Source: Eledone cirrhosa (lineage: Eukaryota). Taken from it: DNA of 64,000 bases. The notes beneath the pieces are model-generated. The model was not told where the DNA came from, did not search any database, and saw only the letters and a list, made by a program, of their open reading frames with translations. The stretch is from the NCBI GenBank assembly GCA_964016885.1, contig OZ024740.1, positions 15,190,001 to 15,254,000 of the forward strand, written 5' to 3'. Positions 28,801 to 42,400 of the stretch are shown here, one piece after another. The position numbers and the translations under genes are program-made. Every line of letters starts with the position of its first letter. The first letter of the stretch is position 1.

Positions 28801-31800
28801 TGAAATATAGGATGTTTTAAACACCTTCATGGTTATATTTGCCACAAAACAGAGGTGTGAAATATAGGATGTTTTAAACCCCTTCATGGATATATTTCCC
28901 ACTAAACAGAGGTGTGCAATATAGGATGTTTTAAACAACTTCATGATTATATTTCCCACTAAACAGAGGTGTGAAATATAGGATGTTGTAAACACCTTCA
29001 TGGTTATATTTCCCACTACACAGAGGTGTGAAATATAGGGTGTTGTAAACACCTTCATGATTATATTTCCCACTAAACAGAGGTGTGAAGTATAGAATGT
29101 TTTAAATACCTTCATGGTTATATTTCCCAATAAACAGAGGTATGAAATATAGGATGTTTTAAACACCTTCATGGTTATATTTCCCACTAAACAGAGGTGT
29201 GAAATATAGGATGTTTTAAACACCTTCATGTTTATATTTCCCACTAAACAGAGGTGTGAAATATAGGATGTTTTAAACACCTTCATGGTTATATTTCCCA
29301 CTAAACAGAGGTGTGAAATATAGGATGTTGTAAACACCTTCATGATTATATTTTCCACTAAACAGAGGTGTGAAATATAGAATGTTTTAAATACTTTCAT
29401 GGTTATATTTCCCAATAAACAGAGGTGTGAAATATAGGATGTTTTAAACACCTTCATGGCTATATTTCCCACTAAACAGAGGTGTGAAATATAGGATGTT
29501 TTAAACACATTCATGGCTATATTTCCCACTAAACAGTGGTGTGAAATATAGGATGTTTTAAACACCTTCATGGTTATATTTCCCACTAAACAGAGGTGTG
29601 AAATATAGGATGTTTCAAACACCTTCATGGTTATATTTCCCACTAAACAGAGGTGTGAAATATAGGATGTTTTAAACACCTTCATGGTTATATTTCCCAC
29701 TAAACAGAGGTGTGAAATATAGGATGTTTTAAACACCTTCATGGTTATATTTCCCACTAAACAGAGGTGTGAAATATAGGATGTTTTAAACACCTTCATG
29801 TTTATATTTCCCACTAAACAGAGGTGTGAAATATAGGATGTTTTAAACACCTTCATGGTTATATTTGCCACAAAACAGAGGTGTGAAATATAGGATGTTT
29901 TAAACCCCTTCATGGATATATTTCCCACTAAACAGAGGTGTGCAATATAGGATGTTTTAAACACCTTCATGATTATATTTCCCACTAAACAGAGTGTGAA
30001 ATATAGGATGTTGTAAACACCTTCATGGTTATATTTCCCACTACACAGAGGTGTGAAATATAGGGTGTTGTAAACACCTTCATGATTATATTTCCCACTA
30101 AACAGAGGTGTGAAATATAGAATGTTTTAAATACCTTCATGGTTATATTTCCCAATAAACAGAGGTGTGAAATATAGGATGTTTTAAACACCTTCATGGT
30201 TATATTTCCCACTAAACAGTGGTGTGAAATATAGGATGTTTTAAACACCTTCATGGTTATATTTCCCACTAAACAGAGGTGTGAAATATAGGATGTTTCA
30301 AACACCTTCATGGTTATATTTCCCACTAAACAGAGGTGTGAAATATAGGATGTTTTAAACACCTTCATGGTTATATTTCCCACTAAACAGAGGTGTGAAA
30401 TATAGGATGTTTCAAACACCTTCATGGTTATATTTCCCACTACACAGAGGTGTGAAATATAGGATGTTTTAAACACCTTCATGGTTATATTTCCCACTAA
30501 ACAGAGATGTGAAATATAGGATGTTTTAAACACCTTCATGGTTATATTTGCCACAAAACAGAGGTGTGAAATATAGGATGTTTTAAACCCCTTCATGGAT
30601 ATATCTCCCACTAAAGAGAGGTGTGCAATATAAGATGTTTTAAACACCTTCATGATTATATTTCCCACTAAACAGAGGTGTGAAATATAGGATGTTTTAA
30701 ACACCTTCATGGTTATATTTCCCACTAAACAGAGGTGTGAAATATAGGATGTTTCAAACACCTTCATGGTTATATTTCCCACTAAACAGAGGTGTGAAAT
30801 ATAGGATGTTTTAAACACCTTCATGGCTATATTTCCCACTAAACAGAGGTGTGAAATATAGGATGTTTTAAACACCTTCATGGTTATATTTCCCACTAAA
30901 CAGAGGTGTGAAATATAGGATGTTTTAAACACCTTCATGTTTATATTTCCCACTAAACAGAAGTGTGAAATATAGGATGTTTTAAACACCTTCATGGTTA
31001 TATTTTCCACAAAACAGAGGTGTGAAATATAGGATGTTTTAAACCCCTTCATGGATATATTTCCCACTAAACAGAGGTGTGCAATATAGGATGTTTTAAA
31101 CACCTTCATGGTTATATTTCCCACTAAACAGAGGTGTGAAATATAGGATGTTTTAAACACCTTCAGGGTTATATTTCCCACTAAACAGAGGTGTGAAATA
31201 TAGGATGTTTTAAACACCTTCATGGTTATATTTCCCACTACACAGAGGTGTGCAATATAGGATGTTGTAAACACCTTCATGATTATATTTCCCACTAAAC
31301 AGAGGTGTGAAATATAGAATGTTTTAAATACCTTCATGGTTATATTTCCCAATAAACAGAGGTGTGAAATATAGGATGTTTTAAACACCTTCATGGTTAT
31401 ATTTCCCACTAAACAGAGGTGTGAAATATAGGGTGTTGTAAACACAGTCATGATTATATTTCCCACTAAACAGAGGTGTGAAATATAGAATGTTTTAAAT
31501 ACCTACATGGTTATATTTCCCAATAAACAGAGGTGTGAAATATAGGATGTTTTAAACACCTTCATGGTTATATTTCCCACTAAACAGTGGTGTGAAATAT
31601 AGGATGTTTTAAACACCTTCATGGTTATATTTCCCACTAAACAGAGGTGTGAAATATAGGATGTTTCAAACACCTTCAGGGTTATATTTCCCACTAAACA
31701 GAGGTGTGAAATATAGGATGTTTTAAACACCTTCATGGTTATATTTCCCACTACACAGAGGTGTGAAATATAGGATGTTGTAAACACCTTCATGATTATA

Positions 31801-34780
31801 TTTCCCACTAAACAGAGGTGTGAAATATAGAATGTTTTAAATACCTTCATGGTTCTATTTCCCAATAAACAGAGGTGTGAAATATAGGATGTTTTAAACA
31901 CCTTCATGGTTATATTTCCCACTACACAGAGGTGTGAAATATAGGGTGTTGTAAACACAGTCATGATTATATTTCCCACTAAAGAGAGGTGTGAAATATA
32001 GAATGTTTTAAATACCTTCATGGTTATATTTCCCAATAAACAGAGGTGTGAAATATAGGATGTTTTAAACACCTTCATGGTTATATTTCCCACTAAACAG
32101 TGGTGTGAAATATAGGATGTTTTAAACACCTTCATGATTATATTTCCCACTAAACAGAGGTGTGAAATATAGGATGTTTCAAACACCTTCATGGTTATAT
32201 TTCCCACTAAACAGAGGTGTGAAATATAGGATGTTTTAAACACCTTCATGGTTATATTTCCCACTAAACAGAGGTGTGAAATATAGGATGTTTTAAACAC
32301 CTTCATGGTTATATTTCCCACTACACAGAGGTGTGAAATATAGGATGTTTTAAACACCTTCATGGTTATATTTCCCACTAAACAGAGACGTGAAATATAG
32401 GATGTTTTAAAAACCTTCATGGTTATATTTGCCACAAAACAGAGGTGTGAAATATAGGATGTTTTAAACCCCTTCATGGATATATTTCCCACTAAACAGA
32501 GGTGTGCAATATAGGATGTTTTAAACATCTTCATGATTATATTTCCCACTAAACAGAGGTGTGAAATATAGGATGTTGTAAACACCTTCATGGTTATATT
32601 TCACACTACACAGAGGTGTGAAATATAGGGTGTTGTAAACACCTTCATGATTATATTTCCCACTAAACAGAGGTGTGAAATATAGAATGTTTTAAATACC
32701 TTCATGGTTATATTTCCCAATAAACAGAGGTATGAAATATAGGATGTTTTAAAAACCTTCATGGTTATATTTTCCACTAAACAGAGGTGTGAAATATAGG
32801 ATGTTTTAAACACCTTCATGTTTATATTTCCCACTAAACAGAGGTGTGAAATATAGGATGTTTTAAACACCTTCATGGTTATATTTCCCACTACACAGAG
32901 GTGTGAAATATAGGATGTTGTAAACACCTTCATGATTATATTTCCCACTAAACAGAGGTGTGAAATATAGAATGTTTTAAATACCTTCATGGTTATATTT
33001 CCCAATAAACAGAGGTGTGAAATATAGGATGTTTTAAACACCTTTATGGCTATATTTCCCACTAAACAGAGGTGTGATATATAGGATGTTTTAAACACCT
33101 TCATGGCTATATTTCCCACTAAACAGTGGTGTGAAATATAGAATGTTTTAAATACCTTCATGGTTATATTTCCCACTAAACTGAGGTGTGAAATATAGGA
33201 TGTTTTAAACCCCTTCATGGATATATTTCCCACTAAACAGAGGTGTGAAATATAGGATGTTTTAAACACCTTCATGGTTATATTTCCCACTAAACAGAGG
33301 TGTGAAATATAGGATGTTTTAAACACTTTCATGGTTATATTTCCCACTAAACAGAGGTGTGAAATATAAGATGTTTTAAACACCTTCATGGTTATATTTC
33401 CCACTAAACAGAGGTGTGAAATATAGGATGTTTTAAACACCTTCATGGTTATATTTGCCACAAAACAGAGGTGTGAAATATAGGATGTTTTAAACCCCTT
33501 CATGGATATATTTCCCACTAAACAGAGGTGTGCAATATAGGATGTTTTAAACAACTTCATGATTATATTTCCCACTAAACAGAGGTGTGAAATATAGGAT
33601 GTTGTAAACACCTTCATGGTTATATTTCCCACTACACAGAGGTGTGAAATATAGGGTGTTGTAAACACCTTCATGATTATATTTCCCACTAAACAGAGGT
33701 GTGAAGTATAGAATGTTTTAAATACCTTCATGGTTATATTTCCCAATAAGCAGAGGTATGAAATATAGGATGTTTTAAACACCTTCATGGTTATATTTCC
33801 CACTAAACAGAGGTGTGAAATATAGGATGTTTTAAACACCTTCATGTTTATATTTCCCACTAAACAGAGGTGTGAAATATAGGATGTTTTAAACACCTTC
33901 ATGGTTATATTTCCCACTAAACAGAGGTGTGAAATATAGGATGTTGTAAACACCTTCATGATTATATTTTCCACTAAACAGAGGTGTGAAATATAGAATG
34001 TTTTAAATACTTTCATGGTTATATTTCCCAATAAACAGAGGTGTGAAATATAGGATGTTTTAAACACCTTCATGGCTATATTTCCCACTAAACAGAGGTG
34101 TGAAATATAGGATGTTTTAAACACATTCATGGCTATATTTCCCACTAAACAGTGGTGTGAAATATAGGATGTTTTAAACACCTTCATGGTTATATTTCCC
34201 ACTAAACAGAGGTGTGAAATATAGGATGTTTCAAACACCTTCATGGTTATATTTCCCACTAAACAGAGGTGTGAAATATAGGATGTTTTAAACACCTTCA
34301 TGGTTATATTTCCCACTAAACAGAGGTGTGAAATATAGGATGTTTTAAACACCTTCATGGTTATATTTCCCACTAAACAGAGGTGTGAAATATAGGATGT
34401 TTTAAACACCTTCATGTTTATATTTCCCACTAAACAGAGGTGTGAAATATAGGATGTTTTAAACACCTTCATGGTTATATTTGCCACAAAACAGAGGTGT
34501 GAAATATAGGATGTTTTAAACCCCTTCATGGATATATTTCCCACTAAACAGAGGTGTGCAATATAGGATGTTTTAAACACCTTCATGATTATATTTCCCA
34601 CTAAACAGAGTGTGAAATATAGGATGTTGTAAACACCTTCATGGTTATATTTCCCACTACACAGAGGTGTGAAATATAGGGTGTTGTAAACACCTTCATG
34701 ATTATATTTCCCACTAAACAGAGGTGTGAAATATAGAATGTTTTAAATACCTTCATGGTTATATTTCCCAATAAACAGAG
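25810..34780. repeat. Tandem duplication of a ~75-monomer block (4274 bp); second copy is 6 monomers longer
   Basis: Private markers AGAGATGT (26233/30507), CTCCCACTAAAGAG (~26331/30605) and GAGACGTG (~28114/32388) are all at offset 4274 = 75x57-1. Right of ~28570/33190 the offset is 4616 = 81x57-1 (G-deletion CAGAGTGTG at ~29993/34610). Confidence 0.9.
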
Positions 34781-36109
34781 GTATGAAATATAGGATGTTT
34801 TAAACACCTTCATGGTTATATTTCCCACTAAACAGAGGTGTGAAATATAGGATGTTTTAAACACCTTCATGGTTATATTTCCCACTAAACAGAGGTGTGA
34901 AATATAGGATGTTTTAAACACCTTCATGGTTATATTTCCCACTACACAGAGGTGTGAAATATAGGATGTTGTAAACACCTTCATGATTATATTTCCCACT
35001 AAACAGAGGTGTGAAATATAGAATGTTTTAAATACCTTCATGGTTATATTTCCCAATAAACAGAGGTGTGAAATATAGGATGTTTTAAACACCTTCATGG
35101 CTATATTTCCCACTAAACAGAGGTGTGAAATATAGGATGTTTTAAACACCTTCATGGTTATATTTCCCACTAGACAGAGGTGTGAAATATAGGATGTTTT
35201 AAACACCTTCATGGTTATATTTCCCACTAAACTGAGGTGTGAAATATCGGATGTTTTAAACACCTTCATGGTTAAATTTCCCACTAAACAGAGGTGTGAA
35301 ATATAGGATGTTTTAAACACCTTCATGGCTATATTTCCCACTAAACAGAGGTGTGGAATATAGGATGTCTTAAACCTCTTCATGGTTATATTTCACACTA
35401 AACAGAGGTGTGGAATATAGGATGTTTAAAACACCTTCATGGTTATATTTCCCACTAAACAGAGGTGTGAAATATAGAATGTTTTAAATACCTTCATGGT
35501 TATATTTCCCAATAAACAGAGGTGTGAGATATAGGATGTTTTAAACACCTTCATGGTTATATTTCCCACTAAACAGAGGTGTGCAATATAGGATGTTTTA
35601 AACACCTTCATGGTTATATTTCCCACTAAACTGCGGTGTGAAATATCGGATGTTTTAAACAACTTCATGGTTATATTTCCCACTAAACAGAGGTGTGAAA
35701 TATAGGATGTTTTAAACACCTTCATGGTTATATTTCCCACTAAACAGAGGTGTGAAATATAGGATGTTGTAAACACCTTCATGGTTACATTTCCCACTAA
35801 ACAGAGGTGTGAAATATAGGATGTTTTAAACACCTTCATGATTATATTTCCCACTAAACAGAAGTGTGAAATATAGGATGTTTTAAACACCTTCATGGTT
35901 ATATTTCCCACTACAAAGAGGTGTGAAATATAGGATGTTGTAAACACCTTCATGTTTATATTTCCCACTAAACAGAGGTGTGAAATATAGAATGTTTTAA
36001 ATACCTTCATGGTTATATTTCCCAATAAACAGAGGTGTGAAATATAGGATGTTTTAAACACCTTCATGGCTATATTTCCCACTAAACAGAGGTGTGAAAT
36101 ATAGGATGT

Positions 36110-37935
36110 TTTAAACACCTTCATGGCTATATTTCCCACTAAACAGAGGTGTGAAATATAGGATGTTTTAAACACCTTCATGGTTATATTTCCCACTAAA
36201 CTGAGGTGTGAAATATCGGATGTTTTAAACACCTTCATGGTTAAATTTCCCACTAAACAGAGGTGTGAAATATAGGGTGTTGTAAACACAGTCATGATTA
36301 TATTTCCCACTAAACAGAGGTGTGAAATATAGAATGTTTTAAATACCTTCATGGTTATATTTCCCAATAAACAGAGGTGTGAAATATAGGATTTTTTAAA
36401 CACCTTCATGATTATATTTCCCACTAAACAGTGGTGTGAAATATGGGATGTTTTAAACACCTTCATGGTTATATTTCCCACTAAACAGAGGTGTGAAATA
36501 TAGGATGTTTCAAACACCTTCATGGTTATATTTCCCACTAAACAGAGGTGTGAAATATAGGATGTTTTAAACACCTTCATGGTTATATTTCCCACTAAAC
36601 AGAGGTGTGAAATATAGGATGTTTTAAACACCTTCATGGTTATATTTCCCACTAAACAGAGGTGTGAAATATAGAATGTTTTAAACACCTTCATGGTTAT
36701 ATTTGCCACAAAACAGAGGTGTGAAATATAGGATGTTTTAAACCCCTTCATGGATATATTTCCCACTAAACAGAGGTGTGCAATATAGGATGTTTTAAAC
36801 AACTTCATGATTATATTTCCCACTAAACAGAGGTGTGAAATATAGGATGTTGTAAACACCTTCATGGTTATATTTCCCACTACACAGAGGTGTGAAATAT
36901 AGGGTGTTGTAAACACCTTCATGATTATATTTCCCACTAAACAGAGGTGTGAAATATAGGATGTTTTAAATACCTTCATGGTTATATTTCCCAATAAACA
37001 GAGGTATGAAATATAGGACGTTTTAAACACCTTCATGGCTATATTTCCCACTAAACAGAGGTGTGAAATATAGGATGTTTTAAACACCTTCATGGTTATA
37101 TTTCCCACTAAACTGAGGTGTGAAATATCGGATGTTTTAAACACCTTCATGGTTAAATTTCCCACTAAACAGAGGTGTGAAATATAGGGTGTTGTAAACA
37201 CAGTCATGATTATATTTCCCACTAAACAGAGGTGTGAAATATAGAATGTTTTAAATACCTTCATGGTTATATTTCCCAATAAACAGAGGTGTGAAATATA
37301 GGATGTTTTAAACACCTTCATGATTATATTTCCCACTAAACAGTGGTGTGAAATATAGGATGTTTTAAACACCTTCATGGTTATATTTCCCACTAAACAG
37401 AGGTGTGAAATATAGGATGTTTCAAACACCTTCATGGTTATATTTCCCACTAAACAGAGGTGTGAAATATAGGATGTTTTAAACACCTTCATGGTTATAT
37501 TTCCCACTAAACAGAGGTGTGAAATATAGGATGTTTTAAACACCTTCATGGTTATATTTCCCACTAAACAGAGGTGTGAAATATAGAATGTTTTAAACAC
37601 CTTCATGGTTATATTTGCCACAAAACAGAGGTGTGAAATATAGGATGTTTTAAACCCCTTCATGGATATATTTCCCACTAAACAGAGGTGTGCAATATAG
37701 GATGTTTTAAACAACTTCATGATTATATTTCCCACTAAACAGAGGTGTGAAATATAGGATGTTGTAAACACCTTCATGGTTATATTTCCCACTACACAGA
37801 GGTGTGAAATATAGGGTGTTGTAAACACCTTCATGATTATATTTCCCACTAAACAGAGGTGTGAAATATAGGATGTTTTAAATACCTTCATGGTTATATT
37901 TCCCAATAAACAGAGGTATGAAATATAGGACGTTT
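36110..37935. repeat. Tandem duplication of a 16-monomer block (912 bp)
   Basis: GGACG occurs at 37019 and 37931, and CACAGTCATG at ~36290 and ~37202; offset 912 = 16x57. Confidence 0.88.
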
Positions 37936-39489
37936 TAAACACCTTCATGGTTATATTTCCCACTAAACAGAGGTGTGAAATATAGGATGTTTTAAACACC
38001 TTCATGTTTATATTTCCCACTAAACAGAGGTGTGAAATATAGGATGTTTTAAACACCTTCATGGTTATATTTCCCACTACACAGAGGTGTGAAATATAGG
38101 ATGTTGAAAACACCTTCATGATTATATTTCCCACTAAACAGAGGTGTGAAATATAGAATGTTTTAAATACCTTCATGGTTATATTTCCCAATAAACAGAG
38201 GTGTGAAATATAGGATGTTTTAAACACCTTCATGGCTATATTTCCCACTAAACAGAGGTGTGAAATATAGGATGTTTTAAACACATTCATGGCTATATTT
38301 CCCACTAAACAGAGGTGTGAAATATAAGATGTTTTAAACACCTTCATGTTTATATTTCCCACTAAACAGAGGTGTGAAATATAGGATGTTTCAAACACCT
38401 TCATGGTTATATTTCCCACTAAACAGAGGTGTGAAATATAGGATGTTTTAAACACCTTCATGGTTATATTTCCCACTAAACAGAGGTGTGAAATATAGGA
38501 TGTTTTAAACACCTTCATGTTTATATTTCCCACTAAACAGAGGTGTGAAATATAGGATGTTTTAAACACCTTCATGGTTATATTTGCCACAAAACAGAGG
38601 TGTGAAATATAGGATGTTTTAAACCCCTTCATGGATATATTTCCCACTAAACAGAGGTGTGCAATATAGGATGTTTTAAACACCTTCATGATTATATTTC
38701 CCACTAAACAGAGTGTGAAATATAGGATGTTGTAAACACCTTCATGGTTATATTTCCCACTACACAGAGGTGTGAAATATAGGGTGTTGTAAACACCTTC
38801 ATGATTATATTTCCCACTAAACAGAGGTGTGAAATATAGAATGTTTTAAATACCTTCATGGTTATATTTCCCAATAAACAGAGGTATGAAATATAGGATG
38901 TTTTAAACACCTTCATGGTTATATTTGCCACAAAACAGAGGTGTGAAATATAGGATGTTTTAAACACCTTCATGGTTATATTTCCCACTAAACAGAGGTG
39001 TGAAATATAGGATGTTTTAAACACCTTCATGGTTATATTTCCCACTACACAGAGGTGTGAAATATAGGATGTTGTAAACACCTTCATGATTATATTTCCC
39101 ACTAAACAGAGGTGTGAAATATAGAATGTTTTAAATACCTTCATGGTTATATTTCCCAATAAACAGAGGTGTGAAATATAGGATGTTTTAAACACCTTCA
39201 TGGCTATATTTCCCACTAAACAGAGGTGTGAAATATAGGATGTTTTAAACACCTTCATGGTTATATTTTCCACTAGACAGAGGTGTGAAATATAGGATGT
39301 TTTAAACACCTTCATGGTTATATTTACCACTAAACTGAGGTGTGAAATATCGGATGTTTTAAACACCTTCATGGTTAAATTTCCCACTAAACAGAGGTGT
39401 GAAATATAGGATGTTTTAAACACCTTCATGGCTATATTTCCCACTAAACAGAGGTGTGGAATATAGGATGTCTTAAACCCCTTCATGGT

Positions 39490-42400
39490 TATATTTCACA
39501 CTAAACAGAGGTGTGGAATATAGGATGTTTAAAACACCTTCATGGTTATATTTCCCACTAAACAGAGGTGTGAAATATAGAATGTTTTAAATACCTTCAT
39601 GGTTATATTTCCCAATAAACAGAGGTGTGAGATATAGGATGTTTTAAACACCTTCATGGTTATATTTCCCACTAAACAGAGGTGTGCAATATAGGATGTT
39701 TTAAACACCTTCATGGTTATATTTCCCACTAAACTGAGGTGTGAAATATCGGATGTTTTAAACAACTTCATGGTTATATTTCCCACTAAACAGAGGTGTG
39801 AAATATAGGATGTTTTAAACACCTTCATGGTTATATTTCCCACTAAACAGAGGTGTGAAATATAGGATGTTGTAAACACCTTCATGGTTACATTTCCCAC
39901 TAAACAGAGGTGTGAAATATAGGATGTTTTAAACACCTTCATGATTATATTTCCCACTAAACAGAAGTGTGAAATATAGGATGTTTTAAACACCTTTATG
40001 GTTATATTTCCCACTACAAAGAGGTGTGAAATATCGGATGTTGTAAACACCTTCATGATTATATTTCCCACTAAACAGAGGTGTGAAATATAGAATGTTT
40101 TAAATACCTTCATGGTTATATTTCCCAATAAACAGAGGTGTGAAATATAGGATGTTTTAAACACCTTCATGGCTATATTTCCCACTAAACAGAGGTGTGA
40201 AATATAGGATGTTTTAAACACCTTCATGGCTATATTTCCCACTAAACACAGGTGTGAAATATAGGATGTTTTAAACACCTTCATGGTTATATTTCCCACT
40301 AAACTGAGGTGTGAAATATCGGATGTTTTAAACACCTTCATGGTTAAATTTCCCACTAAACAGAGGTGTGAAATATAGGATGTTTTAAACACCTTCATGT
40401 CTATATTTCCCACTAAACAGAGGTGTGGAATATAGGATGTCTTAAACCCCTTCATGGTTATATTTCACACTAAACAGAGGTGTGGAATATAGGATGTTTA
40501 AAACACATTCATGGTTATATTTCCCACTACACAGAGGTGTGAAATATAGGGTGTTGTAAACACCTTCTTGATTATATTTCCCACTAAACAGAGGTGTGAA
40601 ATATAGAATGTTTTAAATACCTTCATGGTTATATTTCCCAATAAACAGAGGTATGAAATATAGGATGTTTTAAACACCTTCATGGTTATATTTCCCACTA
40701 GACAGAGGTGTGAAATATAGGATGTTTTAAACACCTTCATTGTTATATTTCCCACTAAACAGAGGTGTGAAATATAGGATGTTTTAAACACCTTCATGGT
40801 TATATTTCCCACTACACAGAGGTGTGAAATATAGGATGTTGTAAACACCTTCATGATTATATTTCCCACTAAACAGAGGTGTGAAATATAGAATGTTTTA
40901 AATACCTTCATGGTTATATATCCCAATAAACAGAGGTGTGAAATATAGGATGTTTTAAACACCTTCATGGCTATATTTCCCACTAAACAGAGGTGTGAAA
41001 TATAGGATGTTTTAAACACCTTCATAGCTATATTTCCCACTAAACAGAGGTGTGAAATATAGGATGTTTTAAACACCTTCATGGTTATATTTCCCACTAA
41101 ACTGAGGTGTGAAATATCGGATGTTTTAAACACCTTCATGGTTAATTTTCCCACTACACAGAGGTGTGAAATATAGGGTGTTGTAAACACCTTCATGATT
41201 ATATTTCCCACTAAACAGAGGTGTGAAATATAGAATGTATTAAATACCTTCATGGTTATATTTCCCAATAAACAGAGGTATGAAATATAGGATGTTTTAA
41301 ACACCTTCATGGTTATATTTCCCACTAAACAGAGGTGTGAAATATAGGATGTTTTAAACACCTTCATGGTTATATTTCCCACTAAACAGAGGTGTGAAAT
41401 ATAGGATGTTTTAAACACCTTCATGGTTATATTTCCCACTACACAGAGGTGTGAAATATAGGATGTTGTAAACACCTTCATGATTATATTTCCCACTAAA
41501 CAGAGGTGTGAAATATAGAATGTTTTAAATACCTTCATGGTTATATTTCCCAATAAACAGAGGTGTGAAATATAGGATGTTTTAAAGACCTTCATGGCTA
41601 TATTTCCCACTAAACAGAGGTGTGAAATATAGGATGTTTTAAACACCTTCATGGCTATATTTCCCACTAAACAGAGGTGTGAAATATAGGATGTTTTAAA
41701 CACCTTCATGGTTATATTTCCCACTAAACTGAGGTGTGAAATATCGGATGTTTTAAACACCTTCATGGTTAAATTTCCCACTAAACAGAGGTGTGAAATA
41801 TAGGATGTTTTAAACACCTTCATGGTTATGTTTCCCACTAAACAGAGGTGTGAAATATAGGATGTTTTAACACCTTCATGGTTATATTTCCCACTAAACA
41901 GAGGTGTGAAATATAGGATGTTTTAAACACCTTCATGATTATATTTCCCACTAAACAGAAGTGTGAAATATAGGATGTTTTAAACACCTTCATGGTTATA
42001 TTTCCCACTACAAAGAGGTGTGAAATATAGGATGCTGTAAACACCTTCATGATTATATTTCCCACTAAACAGAGGTGTGAAATATAGAATGTTTTAAATA
42101 CCTTCATGGTTATATTTCCCAATAAACAGAGGTGTGAAATATAGGATGATTTAAACACCTTCATGGCTATATTTCCCACTAAACAGAGGTGTGAAATATA
42201 GGATGTTTTAAACACCTTCATGGCTATATTTCCCAATAAACAGAGGTGTGAGATATAGCATGTTTTAAACACCTTCATGGTTATATTTCCCACTAAACAG
42301 AGGTGTGCAATATAGGATGTTTTAAACACCTTCATGGTTATATTTCCCACTAAACTGAGGTGTGAAATATCGGATGTTTTAAACACCTTCATGGTTAAAT

